From the human T2T-CHM13v2.0 reference genome, Homo sapiens, in NCBI RefSeq assembly GCF_009914755.1, contig NC_060942.1: a stretch of 64,000 nt of DNA, one strand, 5' to 3'. The translations under genes and the position numbers were made by a program. This document shows, piece after piece, positions 47,370 through 62,635 of this stretch. Under the pieces are notes generated by a model, which saw only the letters and a program-made list of their open reading frames with translations, searched no databases and was not told the origin of the DNA. The stretch's first letter is position 1, and each line of letters begins with the position of its first letter.

Positions 47370-49156
47370 AAGAATGTGTATAGTCAATACCTCTCATAAA
47401 TATCGATGTACAAATTCTAAACAAAAAAAATAGTAAATCAAATCCAACTACGTAAAAATGACAATGCATCACAAACAAGTTGGATTTATTCCAAGAATAT
47501 AAAGTTGTTTTAACATCCAATAAGCAATGATTAGAATTTATTCCATTATTGTGATAAAGAAGAAAACTCATATGATTATATGAAAAGATGTAGAAATATG
47601 CATTTGATAAAATTCAACATCCAAGATAATTTTTTTTTATAAATTAGTAATAGAATGGAACTTCCTTTCTAACAAAAAGTATTAAAATCTTTCTAGTAAA
47701 CATCATCCTTTGTGGATGAAAGAAAACTTTCTTCCTGAAACGGGGAATGAGACAAGGTTGCCCACTCTCACCCTGTATAATCAACATTGTAATGTGTCCT
47801 AGCCAGTACAGTAAGGCAAAAAAAAGCAAACAAACAAACAAATAAAAGAAAGAAAAGTTATAATGAATAGAATACAAAATAAAAATGCTATTTGCAGATG
47901 ACATAATTATACATGTTGAAAATCCAAAATAATATACAGATAAACTATTAGAATTTAGCAAAATCAACAGGTACCCAAAAGCATCCCTCTATACCTGCAG
48001 TAAACAATTAGAAAACTTAATTTTAAATGATTTAATTTAAAATATTAAGCATATCAAATATTTAGAAATAAGTCAAATGAAAGATATGCAACACCATTTC
48101 ATCTAAAACTAAAAAAAGTTATTGAGACCTAAATGAATGGTAAGGGCATAACATAAAAATGAATTAAAAACTTGAATTACTAAATTTAAGCCTTGGAATC
48201 CATATTAATGTGTTAAAGAAGTCAATTTTCACCAAATTGATCTATAGATTCAATCCAATCCCAATAAAAAATGCTAGCAGAGTTCTTTTCTATGAACATT
48301 TTTTTCCAAACTAATAGTTATTTTTATTTTTTTGCTTAAAGAAACCAAACTTCTGCAACTCCATGAAAAATTGAATACATAATTTTATGTATTTTGATTA
48401 TGAAAGAGATACAATATTATATTCTCCTTCTGTTCAAAGGGTCAAGTTTTTCTCTTGAAAAAAGAAAAAAAACAATATGACTTACTCTACTGGTCAACAT
48501 GGTTTATTATAAAGCTATGGTAATTAAGAGTATTGTCTGCAAGCATAGCCAAATATACTAGAAGAACAGAGTAGAGAATCTGCAGTCAGCCCTGTAATTA
48601 TACAGATAATTGATTTATGAAAAAGATGACACTGCTGACCAGTGAAGGAAGAATGCTCTTCAATGAAAGATGTTGGGACAATTGGGTATCCAAATTCACA
48701 AAATGAATCTTAACTCCTACACCACACCATACACAAAAATCAATTCTAGGTGAATTGTAGGCTTCAATATGAAAGGAAAATATAATAAAAATTATAATAT
48801 GATACAGGAAAAGGCTTCTTAAAGAGGACAATAAAAATGCTCATAAAAGTTGAATAAATTGGACTGTATTTAAATTAGGAAATTTATTCATTAAAAATGC
48901 ACCACTGTGAGTTTAAAAATAAGCCACAGAGTGTGGATGTGTGCATGTGTGTATCTGTATGGTATATGTGTAACAGTGATCTTGAATCAGGAATACATAT
49001 GTATATATTTAGCTTTGATAAATTGTGGAAAAACATCCCAAAAGAAAAATAGGAAAAATTAGGGACTTGAATGAGTACAAACCTAAATGGCCAATAGACA
49101 CATGAAAATATTGAACACCACTAATAATCAGAAATGCAAACTAAAACCATAATAAC
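47370..49156 (+). mobile_element. Old L1M ORF2 relic (continues at 54895-55610)
   Basis: tatttgcagatgacataatt, tgatctatagattcaat, caaaaatcaattctaggtg. Confidence 0.85.
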
Positions 49157-49830
49157 TTTTTTTTCAGTCAAAGTCTCTTTCTGCAAGCAACTTGGAAAAC
49201 CATGTTTGAAAATATCATCCATGAAAATTTCCCCAGCCTTGCTAGAGAGGCCAACATTCAATTTCAGGAAATGCAGACAACCCCTGCAAGACACTATACA
49301 AGATGACCATCCCCAAGACACATAGTCTTCAGATTCTTCAAGGTAGAAATGAAAGAAAAAAATCTAAAGGCAGCTAGAGAGAAGGGTCAGCTCATCTACA
49401 ACAGGAACTCCATCAGGAAACAGCAGAGCTTTCAGCAGAAATTTTACAAGCCAGAAGAGATTGGGGGCCTATAATCAGCATTCATAAAGAAAAGAAATTC
49501 GAGCCCAGAATTTCATATCCAGCCAAACTAAGCTTCATAAGTGAAGGAGAAATAAGATTCTTTTCAGACAAGCAAATGCTAAGGGAATTCATTACCACCA
49601 GACCTGCCTTAAAAGAGGTCCTTAAGGGAGTGCTAACTTTGGAAATAAAAGACCATTACTGGCCACCACAAAGACACACTTAAGCACATAGACCATTGAC
49701 ACTGTAAAGCAACTACACAATAAAGTTTGCATAATAATCAACTAAGAACATAACAGGTTCAAATTCATACATATCAATATTAAGTTTGAATGAAGGTGGG
49801 CTATATGTTCCAATTAAAAGGCAGAGTGTG

Positions 49831-50447
<617 letters not shown>

Positions 50448-53400
50448 AAGGCACAGAGTGGCAAGTTGGATAAAGAAGCAAGACCCAATTGTGTGCTGTC
50501 TTCAAGAGACCCATCTCACATGCAATGACACACATGGGCTCAAAGTAAAGGGATGGAGAAAAATCTACCAAGCAATGGAAAACAGAAAAAATCAGAGGTT
50601 GCTATTCTAATTTCAGGCAAAACAGATTTTAAATCAACAACAACAACAATAACAACAACAACAGAAAGACAAAGAAGGACATTACATAATGGTAAAGGGT
50701 TCAATTCAAGAAGAAGACCTATCTATCTTAAATAGATATGCACCCAACACAGGAGCCAGATTAATAAAGTGAGTTCTTAGAGACCTATGAAGAGACTTAG
50801 ATAATCACAGAATAATAGTAGGAGACTTCAACACCACATTGATAATATTAGACAGATCATCAAGGCCGAAAACTAACAAAGATACTCAGGACCCAAACTC
50901 AACACTTGACCAAATGGATCTAACAGATATCTACAAAACTCTCTGCCCAAAAGCAATGAATATATATTCTCATCTACACACTGTGACTGAAAAAAAGTTA
51001 TTATGCTTTTAGTCTGCATTTTCCTGATTGTCAGTGGTGTTCATACATCTACACAGAATATATATTCTTCACATCTACATTGATTTTAGAGCACACACTC
51101 TAAAATCGACCACACAATTGTCCATAAAACAATTCTCAGCAAATTCAGAAAAACTGAAATCATACCAACTTCACTTTTGGACCATAGTGCAATAAAAATA
51201 GAAGTCAATACTAAGAAGACTGCTCAAAACCATACAATTACATGGAAATTAAACAACCTGTTCCTGAATGGTAAACAATGAAATTCAGACAGAAATCAAG
51301 AAATTCCTTCAAACTAATGAGAACAAAGACACAACATAACAGAATCTCTGGGACACAGCTAAACCAGTGTTAAGAGAAAAGTTTATAGTGCTAAATGGCC
51401 ACAACAAAAAGGTAGAAAGATCTCAAAATAAGAACCTAACATCACACATACAGGAACTAGAAAAACAAGAGCAAACCAACACCAAAGCTAGCAGAAGACA
51501 AGCAAAAAACAAAATCTGAACTGAAGGAAATTGAGTCATGAAACACCACATAAAAGAGCAATGAATGCAGATATTTGTAACATGAAAGAATAAATAAGAT
51601 TGATAGACTGCTATCTAGACTAACAAAGAAAAAAAGAAGACCCAAATAAATAAACACAATAAAAAAATGACAAAGGGAACATTGCCACTGACTCCACACA
51701 AATACAAAAAAAAAAAACCTCTCAGAGACTACTATGAACAACTCTATGTACACAAGCTAGAAAACCTACAATAAACAAATAAATTCCTGGAAACATGCAA
51801 CCTCCCAAGATTAAGCCAGGAAGACATTGAAACCTTCAACAGACCAATCATGAGTTCCAAAGCTGAATCAATAATAAAAAGCCTACCAACCAGAAAGAGC
51901 CCAGGACCAGATGGATTCACAGCTAAATTCTACCAGATGTACAAAAAAGAGCTGGTACCATTTCTAATGAAATATTCCAAAAAAATGAGGAGGAGGGACT
52001 CCTCCATAACTCATTGTATGAAGACAGCATCATTCTGATATCAAAACCTGGCAGAAACACAACAAAAAAAAATCAAAACTTCAGGCAAATATTCTTGATG
52101 AACATTGATGCATAAATCCTTAACAAAATACTAGCAAACCAAATCCAGCAGCGCATCAAAAAAATAACCCACCACAATCAAGTAGGCTTTACCCTGGAAT
52201 GCAAGCTGGGTTCATAAACACAAATCAACAAATGTGATTTATCACATAAACAGAACTGAAAACAAAAACCACATGATTATCTCAATAGACGTAGAAAAGG
52301 CCTTTGATAAAATTAAATATTGCTTCATGTTAAAAACCCTCAATGATGTAGGCACTGAAGGAGCATGCCTAAAAATAATGAGGGCCAATTACGATAAACC
52401 CACAGCCAACAACAACATGCTCAATAGGCAAAAGCTGAAAACAATCCTTTTGAGAACCAGAATAAGACAAAGATGCCTTCTCTTACCACTTCTATTCAAC
52501 ATAAGTACTAGAAATCCTACCCAGAGAAATCAGGCAAGAGAAAGAAATGAGTTATCCACATAGGAGGAGAGGAATTTAACCTATCTCTGTTTGCAGATGA
52601 TACTATTCTATATCTAGAAAACCACATAGTCTCTACCCAAAAGCTCCTAGGTCTGATAAACAACTTCAGCAAAGATTCAGGATACAAAATCAATGTACAA
52701 AAATCAGTAACATTTCTATACACCAAAAATATCCAAGCTGAGAGCCAAATCAAGAATGTAATCTCATTCACAATAGGCACCAAAAAGAATCAAATTCCTA
52801 GGAATACAGTTAACCAAGGAGGTGGAAGATGTCTACAACAAGAATTACAAAACACAGCTGAAAGAAATCAGAGCTGACACAAACAAATGGAAAAACATCC
52901 CATGCCTGTGTATAGGAAGTATCAATGTTGTTAAAATGGCTATATTGCCCAAAGCAATTTACAGACTCAATGCTACTCCTATCACACTACCAATGACATT
53001 CTTCACAGAATCTTTTTAAAAAACTATTCTAAAATTCATGTGAAACCAAAAAAGAGCCCGAATAGCCAAAGCAATCATAAGCAAGAAAAAAAAAGCAAGC
53101 AAAAGCATCGCAGCCCTATTCACAACAAAGCTGGAGGCATCACTCTACCTGACTTCAAACTATACCACAGGGCCACAGTAAACAAAACAGCGTGGTACTG
53201 ATATGAAAACATACACACAGACAAATGGAACAGAATAAAGAGCCCAGAAATAATGCCACATACCTACAATTCTACAATCATCTTATCTTTGACAAAGTCA
53301 ACAAAAACAAACAATGAAGACAAAACTTTCTATTAAATATACAGTGCTGGGATAATTGGCTAGCCATATAGAGAAAATTGAAACTGAACCCCTTCCTTAT

Positions 53401-54604
53401 ACCATATACAAAAATCAATTCAAGATGGATTAAAGACTTAAATGTAAAACTTAAAACTATAAAAACCCTAGAAGGAAATCTGGGAAATACAATTCTGGAC
53501 ATAGGCCCTGGCAAAGATTTTATGATGAAGACACCAAAAGCAATTGCAACAAAAATAAAAATCAACAAATGGGATCTAATTAAACTAAAGAGCTTCTTCA
53601 CAGCAAAAGAAACTATCAACAGAGTAAAGAGACAGCCTACAGGATAGAAGAAAATATTTGCAAACTATGGATCCAACAAAGGTCTAATATCCAAAATGTG
53701 TAAGGAACTTAAAATATAAAGCAAAAAATAAACAACTCCATTAAAAAGTAGGCAAAGGACATGAATGGACACTTTTCAAAAGAAGATATACACGTGGCCA
53801 AGAAATATATGGAAAAATCCTCAACATCACTAATCATTAGAGAAATGCAAATCAAAACCGCAATGAGACACCATCTCAAAACTACAATAAGATACCATCT
53901 CACAACAGCCATAATGGCTATTATAAAACATCAAAAGATAACAGATGCTGGTGAGGTTGCAGAGAAAAGGTTATACACTGCTGGTGGGAATTTAACTTAG
54001 CTCAACCATTGTAGAAAGTAGTTTGACAATTTCTCAAAGAACCTAAAACAGAATTACTATTCAAGCCAGCAGCCTCATTATTGGGTATATACCCAAAATA
54101 ATATAAGTAATTCTACCATAAATACACATGCACGTTTCTGTTCATTGAAGCCCTATTCACAATAGCAGAGACATGAAATCAACTTAAATGTCCATCAATG
54201 GTAGACTGGATAAAGAAAATATGGTACATGTACACAATGGAATACTACACAGCCATAAAAAGATCATGTCCTCTGTAGCAGCATGGATGAAGCTGGAAGC
54301 CATTATCCTAAGCGAACTAACACAGGAACGGAAAACCAGATACCACATGTTCTCACTTGTAAGTGGGAGCTAAACACTGGTACACATGGACACAAACAAG
54401 GGAACAATAGACACTACATGAGGGTGCATTGTGGAAGGAGGGTGAGGATTGAAAAACTATCTACTGGGTACTATGTTTTTTACCTGTGACAAAATAAACT
54501 GTACACCAATCCCCTGTGACACACAATTTACCTGTATAACAAACCTGCACATGTATGCCTGAACCTAAAATAGGAGTTTATAAGTAAACAATTAAATAAG
54601 TGGG

Positions 54605-54889
54605 GGGAAACAAGTTTGCTCTTCCTCCCAGGCTGGAGTGCAGTGGCGCTGTCATAGCTCAATGCAGCCTCAAACTCCTGGGCTCAATTGATACTCCCAC
54701 CTCAGCCTGCTAGAACTACAAGCACATGCCACCATGCCTGGCAAATTTAAAAATTATATAAAATATTTTAGAAATGGATGCTCTCTATGTTTCCCAGGCT
54801 TGTCCTTAACTCCTGGGCTCAAGTGATCCATCCTCCTGTTTCAGCCTCCCAAGTTGCTAGGATTTCAGGCATGAGCCACTTTGCCTGGC
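54605..54889 (-). mobile_element. AluJ
   Basis: Antisense J-type dimer (gcagcctcaaactcctgggctc). Confidence 0.88.
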
Positions 54890-55627
54890 TTCAAAATAAC
54901 ATTATATACAATACACATCGCAAGGGCTAATTTTTTTAAAATAGAAGAGAAAAAATACTAGCAGAAAGTGTTGGCAAAAATGTGGAGCAACTGGAAATCT
55001 CATTAACTGCTGGAAGTGTAAAATGATATAACTTTGGAAATCTGTTTAGCAATTTTCATTATATTTGGAAGTTCACATTCACTATGTCTTGCCAATTCTA
55101 TTCCTAGGTATATACCACACAGAAATGCATATATATGTTCAGAAATATAAACAGCATATAAATAAATGTTCATAGCAATATTATATATAATAGTCTCACA
55201 TCGAAAACAACTTTATTGATATTTAAAAGTGGAATGAACAAACTTTGGTAAATTATGGCATATTCATGCAGTGATAAACCAAGATAGCAATGAAAATGAA
55301 AGAACTGTTATATGCAATAACATGGATCAATCTCACAAACATTTAGTGAGAAGACCATATGCAAAAGAGTATATTTATATTTATATTGATTTCAAAGACA
55401 GGCAAAACTCAGCTATTATGATAGACAGAGTAAAAACGACCTTTGGAAAAGAGGAGGCGGTTAACAATTGGGGTTGGTTATACGAAGGGCTTCTGGGGTG
55501 TTCTATCTTTGAATTGGTTTACACCCATGAGTTTACTTTGTGATATTTCATTTGTTGGGACGTGTGCTTCTCTATGCTCTTTTCTTTATGCATGTTATAT
55601 TTCAATAAAATTACTTGAATATATTTA

Positions 55628-56625
55628 TGTGTTCATTCCATAAATATTTATTAAGCATGGAGTCACTGTGTTAGGCACTGGCGATACAGCAAGGAATGAG
55701 ATAGGCCATCTTTATGATGTAAGCATAGCAAGAGAGTAAAACTTTTTAAACAGAGTATTGTGGGAACTCATTTGAGTGATAACTAAGTAGGGAGGAGAGG
55801 GTCGAGAAAGGTTCCTAGCAAAAAGTAATGAATGAGCTAAAACTAGGGGAATGAATAGTAGTTGGAAATATCAAAGTTGGTGGGAGAAGGTGTAATAATA
55901 ACGTTTCAGGAAGAAGAACCAGCATGTAAGAGAGTCTATAGGTAATCTATCACAGGATGGTAGTCAAAGAGATCAGGTGCAGTCATATAGGATTTTAGAC
56001 AGCAATGACCTGTCCTGTAATAGCAGCAGTAAGAATGGAGAGAAAATAGATGGATTTTGGAGGCAATTCATAAGTAGAATGAAGAGGACTTTGTGATTGA
56101 TCAGATGTGGTTGCTAAGGCACAACGATGAGTCAAGGATGGTTTCCAGATATGTGGTAAAGAATGTGTCTTACACCCATGAGAAAGAGAGGGAAAGGAAC
56201 AAGTGTGAGCTAGACAGAGGTGGTGATAATCATTTTGAGGTTTTTTGCTATGTTTAGTTGAGGTACCTATGGGATATCAAAAGAGGAGATCAAGTAGGTA
56301 GTCTCACATATAGAAATAAGATTCTGAAGACAGATCTTTCCTGGGAATACATATTTTGAGGTCCCTGGCATGAACATGGATATTAGAGACATGGAAGTGA
56401 ATGGGATTGCATGGTAAATATGTAAGTAGAGAAAGAGGTCTAGGATAAATCTGAAGGAACTAGGCAGAGAAAAATGAGCTAATAAAAAATCATAAGCAGC
56501 ACCCAAATAAAAGGGAAAGAAACCAATAGAGTGTGGTGTCATGGCTGCTAAGGAGAGAAAATATTTCCAGCAGGGAGATTTTCATGGTGTCAGATGCTTC
56601 AGGGAGGCAGTAGATAATGAGGACT
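55628..56625 (-). mobile_element. L2 relic
   Basis: ttcattccataaatatttattaagca...tgtgttaggcactgg is the antisense L2 3' end. Confidence 0.8.
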
Positions 56626-56849
56626 GATACCTTGGCAGAGCAGCTGGGAGGGAAGGGAAGCAGAGGAGCAGCTGTGGACAGAGTGGAAAGTGTGAAAGCC
56701 GAATCAAATTTCCTGAGTTAACTTTGTAGTTCTTCCTCTGTCCACTGGCTTCCAACTCCCTCCCCCCGACTACACTCGTGCATTCCATTCAAAGTATTAT
56801 TTGTTGCAGTGGTCTCTCATATCCTGAAAATTGATGATATGCTTCCTTG

Positions 56850-57530
56850 AGGTCTTTCATAATTTATCTTCTCAGTTCCACCCCACAAACAGGCCTCCTT
56901 ATCACTGAAATGGGTCACTGTGTTTAGTTTCCCAGTTGGCCTCCCTGATGCTAGTTTTGCTTGTTTCCACTTCATTTTTCACACACCACACCACCATCAA
57001 CTTTTAAAATGCAAATATAATAATCTTTTCCCCCTGCTCAAAAGGCTTGAATGGCTCTCCATCACATGTAAGATAAAGTACAAATGCCTTGGCACAGCCT
57101 GCCAGGCTTTCCAATTCTGGTTGCTTCCCCTTATCCCCAGAGGGCCTCTCCTTCTCACTTCTTGGACTATTAAGCTTATGCTCCAGCAACACAGAATTCC
57201 TCAGACTTTTCCAAACATGCTGTGTTTCCTTGTGGCTCTTCTTTTTCAGGTGTTTGGAAAAATCTCTACTCATCTTTCAAGATCTACATCAAGCATGTCT
57301 TCCTTTATAATTTTTTTCCTGATCCCCTCTGTACCCATCCATGATCACTGCTGCACTTTATTCTTATTTACTTCAATCATTATTCTTTTACTTTTTATCC
57401 AATACATCCTATATTGTATTCTATGTTTATCTCCCCCAGGAGATATGACCTCCTGGAACACAAAACTATTGTACTCATCTTTGTATTTCTAGTACTTATG
57501 GCAGTGTCAGATATGGAGTGCAAACCTTAA
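56850..57530 (+). mobile_element. L2 relic
   Basis: ttttaaaatgcaaat...cccctgctcaaaa...aatggctctccat L2 motif. Confidence 0.7.
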
Positions 57531-57914
57531 ATTGCTGTATCAGCTGAGAAAGCCTTACTGCTCTTCCTGATATCAGCATTATTGCTTTACCAATATCAGA
57601 GGTGGGTCTGCAACATGGTAAAGGATGCATGTCTGTGTAATTACATTATGTCTGCAGGGTGTCCCTGGACTCCAATGAGGGAAAGAACACCTTCCACATT
57701 AGGCTTGGGTCTTTTGTTTAAATGCACCTTGGATATCAAACACCTTCTTTCTCAACTTAAGCACTTCTGGGGATTTAGTCTCTACCAAAATTTCCATGAG
57801 AAATTATCTACATTATCAGATCGCAAGCCAGGCTATACTCCAGGGCTTTTTAATCCAAATGGCTCATTGAGGATTCTGCCCCAGAGACCCAACAGTGTGA
57901 GGAAGCCCATGGGT

Positions 57915-58320
57915 TGCATATTAAGGAGATGCTGGACAATACCACCTATCTTAACAGAATACCTGAGATCAAGTAATTTGCAAAGAACAGAGATTTATTT
58001 TTTACAGTTCTAGAGGCTGGGAAGTCCAAAGTTGAGGGTCTGCATCTTTCAAGGGCCTTCTGACTGTGTCATCCCATGGTAGAAGATGGAAGGGCAAGAG
58101 AGCATGTGAGAGAAAGCAAGAGGAAAGGGAGCTGAATTCATCCTTTTACCAGGAATCCACTCATACAATAACTAGCCCACTCCCCTAATAATGGCATTGA
58201 TCTATTCATGAGTGCAGAGCCCTCAGAACCTAATCACCTCTTAAATGTCCCACCTCTCAGTAGTATTGAAATGGAGATTAAGTTTCCAACACATGCTCTT
58301 TGGAAGATACGTTCAAACAG
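57915..58320 (-). mobile_element. MST/MLT1A-type MaLR LTR
   Basis: cagttctagaggctgggaagtccaa...cctaatcacctcttaaa...aagtttccaacacatg. Confidence 0.85.
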
Positions 58321-60443
58321 TCTCACTGCCTTTTTCACTCAATGGCTAAATGTAATTTTTGCCTCTGGAAAAAGCTGCTATAGCACTAGTGAGGCCAGTC
58401 TAGGTAAAACTCAAAAATAAGAATTCTTCCAAATTCACCTATCTTTTACTCTTTTCCCAATTTGACTAGATTTTTTTCCATCGTTACCTTGTATACACAT
58501 GCTTTCTACATTTTTACAATTAGGAATAATTTTTTTGTTGGTCACTACTTCAAGCAAATTTTTTATTGGTCTGTGTTGCTTTAAAAGTTCCCTCATTACT
58601 CACTATTACAGTTTAATTCTTGAATTCTGATAGCCAAAAAGAAAATAACTTTATGCAAGGATCCTTCTTTTGATCAGGTAAGCACGACTGAGTACTAATT
58701 GACTAAATCAGTCCCAATATGAGTCATTGAAGACTATTCTTAATAGATCTGATTGTAGTAATTGTTCTTGCTATAAAGTGATCTCCACTTCATTTTATAT
58801 AGCATTTATAATATTTATGGATTTTAAGGAATAATCTGGCAGGCTCTAATGTGATAATTTCTGTATAGAAATTATTTTGAAACACAATAGCTTGCCTTGT
58901 AAAATAACTGTGGTTATCTTTACCTCTAGGTGGGCTTCTCAAAATCGTACTTTTGAGTGAACCAGGAATATCTTCATGTACATGGGTCACATATTCCACA
59001 TTCTTGTGCCTCTTCTCCCTGAGGCAGATGAGGCATCAGAGGAAGAAGGTAAAAAAACAAACAAACAAATGAAAACCCACAAGCAACCACCAGTTAGAAT
59101 CAAAGAGAGGGGTCAGTCATCCAAGGACAGGCCCTTTCCCTGTTGATAGCCAAAATGGAGTATAATTCACTGCCCCACTGTGTCTAGCAAAGGTTCTCCC
59201 TCCTGGTGTGTGCAAGGATCAGAGACTTGGGGGCAGGACCAAACTCTGAAGATGTAAACAGTGTGGTAATCTACTCATGTGCCTGGCTGATTTCACCCAC
59301 TGTGTGTTGCAGGGCTCAGGGAGTACGTTGCTATTTACCTGCACATGATGCTGCCTTGTCATTCCCTTGTTTCCTGCATTCTGACAAACTATGCTTCCAA
59401 ATCAAATATGTCATTTACTGAATTATCCAAATAAATTTTGCTTATCATGCTCCTTCCTCAGTGGTAGTGCTGAATCTTGAAATAAAAGGTGGACTTCTTA
59501 AAACATGGGCTTCTTGAGAACCACATAAGAGCCTTCACCAAGGCCATAGGACACAGGAGGCCTTAGAGACTGTGACGCCCACCCAAAACCTCAGCCCTCT
59601 GCAGATGTGGCCAAGTAGTCTCTTGGAGAATATTGCTGTGGGACCTTGAAGCTTTCAAGTTTACTTTGGAGAATTCTCATTCAAGCTCTCAGACCAAATG
59701 ATTTGTGAGATTTGAGGAAAATGAAAGTAATGTAGTGCAGATTTGCAAGGCGACCTAAAACAAGTTAACCGAGTGTTTCATTACATCAGAAAAAGTAATG
59801 GCCACCGTGTTCTTAGGAAATCTAATTTGTTCAATAACAAACCATGCCAGAAAAATGACAACTCATGCTCAAAATGTCACAAGATTAGCTGAGCAATATT
59901 CCTGCACTGAATCATTCCTTTACTAATACTGACAGTCACCTAGAGGTTATAGTCCAAATAAAAATATCAAATTATGCAAGATTTTATCTGTAGTACATAT
60001 GTCAAGATTAAAAGAAAATCACATTAAAGTGAAAAAAGAAAAATGTATTTGAGAGCCTCTCTGGACTCTTGGAAATGAAAATTTCTTCACATATTCAGGT
60101 TAGCATTCCAAGATAATGTCTCTTAGCTTGATACCAGAGGCAGTACTACAACCACTTCCTTCGAAGACTTGCCTAGTCTTGGGCTGGAAGAACAGTTTAT
60201 AATTTCCAATGACAGGTGTAAGTGAAAAATGTCATCCTTTGTTTAAGTTTCCAGTTAGGTAGAAACTGCACCTCCCCATCTTGCCTTCCCCCGACCTCCA
60301 CTAAAAGAGTAAGCAGAATGCTTTTCATAGATGAAGAATCAGACACAGGGAGTGGAAATGATTTACTGGAGCTTAAATTCATATAGGAAATACCACTAAA
60401 TAGTCATTTGTGTGTAGCCCAAGGATGGAATTAGAAAGGATCA

Positions 60444-60555
60444 GAGGGCTGCAGTGAGCTGTGATCGCACCACTGCATTCCAGCCTGGGAGACAAAGCCA
60501 GACCCTGTCTCCCCGTGCGCCCCAACCATGACCCCCCACAAAAAAAAAAAAAAAC
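60444..60555 (+). mobile_element. Alu right-arm 3' fragment
   Basis: ggctgcagtgagctgtgatcgcaccactgcattccagcctggg followed by an A tail. Confidence 0.8.
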
Positions 60556-60829
60556 AGAAAGGAAGAAATAAAGAAAAAAGAAAGGCTCAAATGTGTATTT
60601 TTATAGTGTCTTTGCACCTATTTCTTCCCATAGATAAAAAAGCATAACAGAAAGTGGGGGTTGGTAAAGAAAATAATCTATAAAATATGACATAATTACA
60701 TTAGAAATCACTTCATATTAAGAACTACCTCTTCAACTGTATGCTGTCTTTACAACCCAGCAGGACTGGAGACATGGGGTAGGAGGTGGGAAGTTGAACT
60801 AACCTACTTAAGACAATTTCTTTAAAACT

Positions 60830-62635
60830 TGCAGGTAAATAAGCTATACAATAACACTGAGTGATCTAAAAGGAAACCAAGAAAACAATTCCACTTACAA
60901 TAGTATCAAAAAGAGTAAAATACTTAGGAATAAATAAAACTTAGGAGGCAGAAGACTTGTATACTGAAAACTATAAAACATTGCTGAAATAAATTGAAGA
61001 CAAAAATAAATAGAAAGACATTCAGAGTTCATGGATTGGAATACTTAAAATGTCAAAATGTCCACGCTGCTCAAAGTGATCTACAGATTCAATGCAATTC
61101 CTGTCAAAATTCTAATGACCTTTTTTGCAGAAACAAAAAAAATCCACCCTAAAATTTATAAGGAACCACAGGGAACCTGAATAGCCAAAACAATATTGAA
61201 AAGGAAGAACAAAGTTGGAGGTCTAACATGTCCTGATTTCAAAACTTACTATAAAGCTACAGTGATCAAAACAGTGTGGTAGTGGCATAAAGACACACAT
61301 ACAGATAAGTGGAATAGAATAGCCAGCCCAGAAATTAACTTTCATATATACAGTTAAATGAAGGGTGATAAGACCATTCAATTGGGAAAACGTCTTTCCA
61401 TTTGCTAACCATTTGTTAATAGTTTTGAGAAAATCAGGTATCAATTTGTAAAAGAATGAAGTCAGATCCTTACTTTACACCATGTACAAAAATTAACTCA
61501 AAATGGATTAAAGGCATAAATATAAGAGCTGAAACTATAAAACTCTATGAGGAGAACATAGGGGGAAAGCTTTATGACATTGCATTTGGCAACAGTTTCT
61601 TGAATATGATACCAACAGCACAGGCAATTATAACAAAAGAATAGATAAATTGGACTATATCAAAATAAAAAATTTGGTGCCTCAAAAGTCACTATTGATA
61701 AAATGAAAAGGCAATGGACAGAAAGAGAAAACATTTGCAAATTATGTATCTCTCAATGGGTTAATACCTAGAGTCTGTGAAGATCTCCTACAACTCAGAA
61801 CAAACACAAAACCTGATTTAAAAATGGGCAAAGGACTTAAATATACGTTTCTTCAAAGAAGATATACAAATGGCCAATAAGCACATGAAAAGATGCTCAA
61901 CATCACTAATCATTAGGAAAATACAAATTCAAACCATAATAAGATATCATTTCACACCCATTAGGATAACTATCGTTTTTAAAAAACAGAAAATAACAAG
62001 TATTGGCAAGGATGCACAGAAGCTAGAACCCTTATGCACTGGTGGTGGGAAGGTAAAATGGTGTGGCCATTATAGAAAACAGTACAATAGTTCCTCAACA
62101 AATTAAAAACAGAATTTTCATCAAAAGAATTGAAAGCAGGGTCTTGAAAAGATACTTGTACACTCATCTTCATAAGAGCATTCTTCACAACAGTGAAAAG
62201 TGGAAGCAATCCAAGTGTCCACTGATGGATGAATGGGTAAACAAAATGTGTATACATACAACAGAATATTAACCAGCTTTAAAAAGGAAGGGAATTCTAA
62301 CACATGCTACAACATGGATGAACCTTTAAGATGCTATGCTAAGTAAGATAAGCTAGTCACAAAAGGACAAATACTATTTGATTCCACCTATGTGAGGTAT
62401 CTAGAGAAGCCAAACTCATAGAGAAAGTAAAACAGTGCTTGCCAAGAACTGTGGGTAGGAGGGAATGGGAAGTTAGTGTTTAATGGGTATTATGTTTTAA
62501 TTTGGGATGATGAAAAAGTTGTGGAGATGGACGGAGGTGATGGTTGCAGAGAAAGGGAGTGAATTTAATGCCACTGAACTTAAAAATGGCCAAAATGGTA
62601 AAATTTATGTTATGTGTATTTTACGACAATAAAAC
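60830..62635 (+). mobile_element. L1MB-like (ORF2 3' part + 3'UTR)
   Basis: ORF2 peptides ([29 protein letters not shown]) and 3'UTR gggatgatgaaaaagtt...atggtaaaatttatgttatgtgtatttta. Confidence 0.88.

Noticed and set aside
56920-58013. 190-aa and 143-aa ORFs
   Set aside because: They overlap L2/MaLR relics, have low-information composition and show no splice or domain support.
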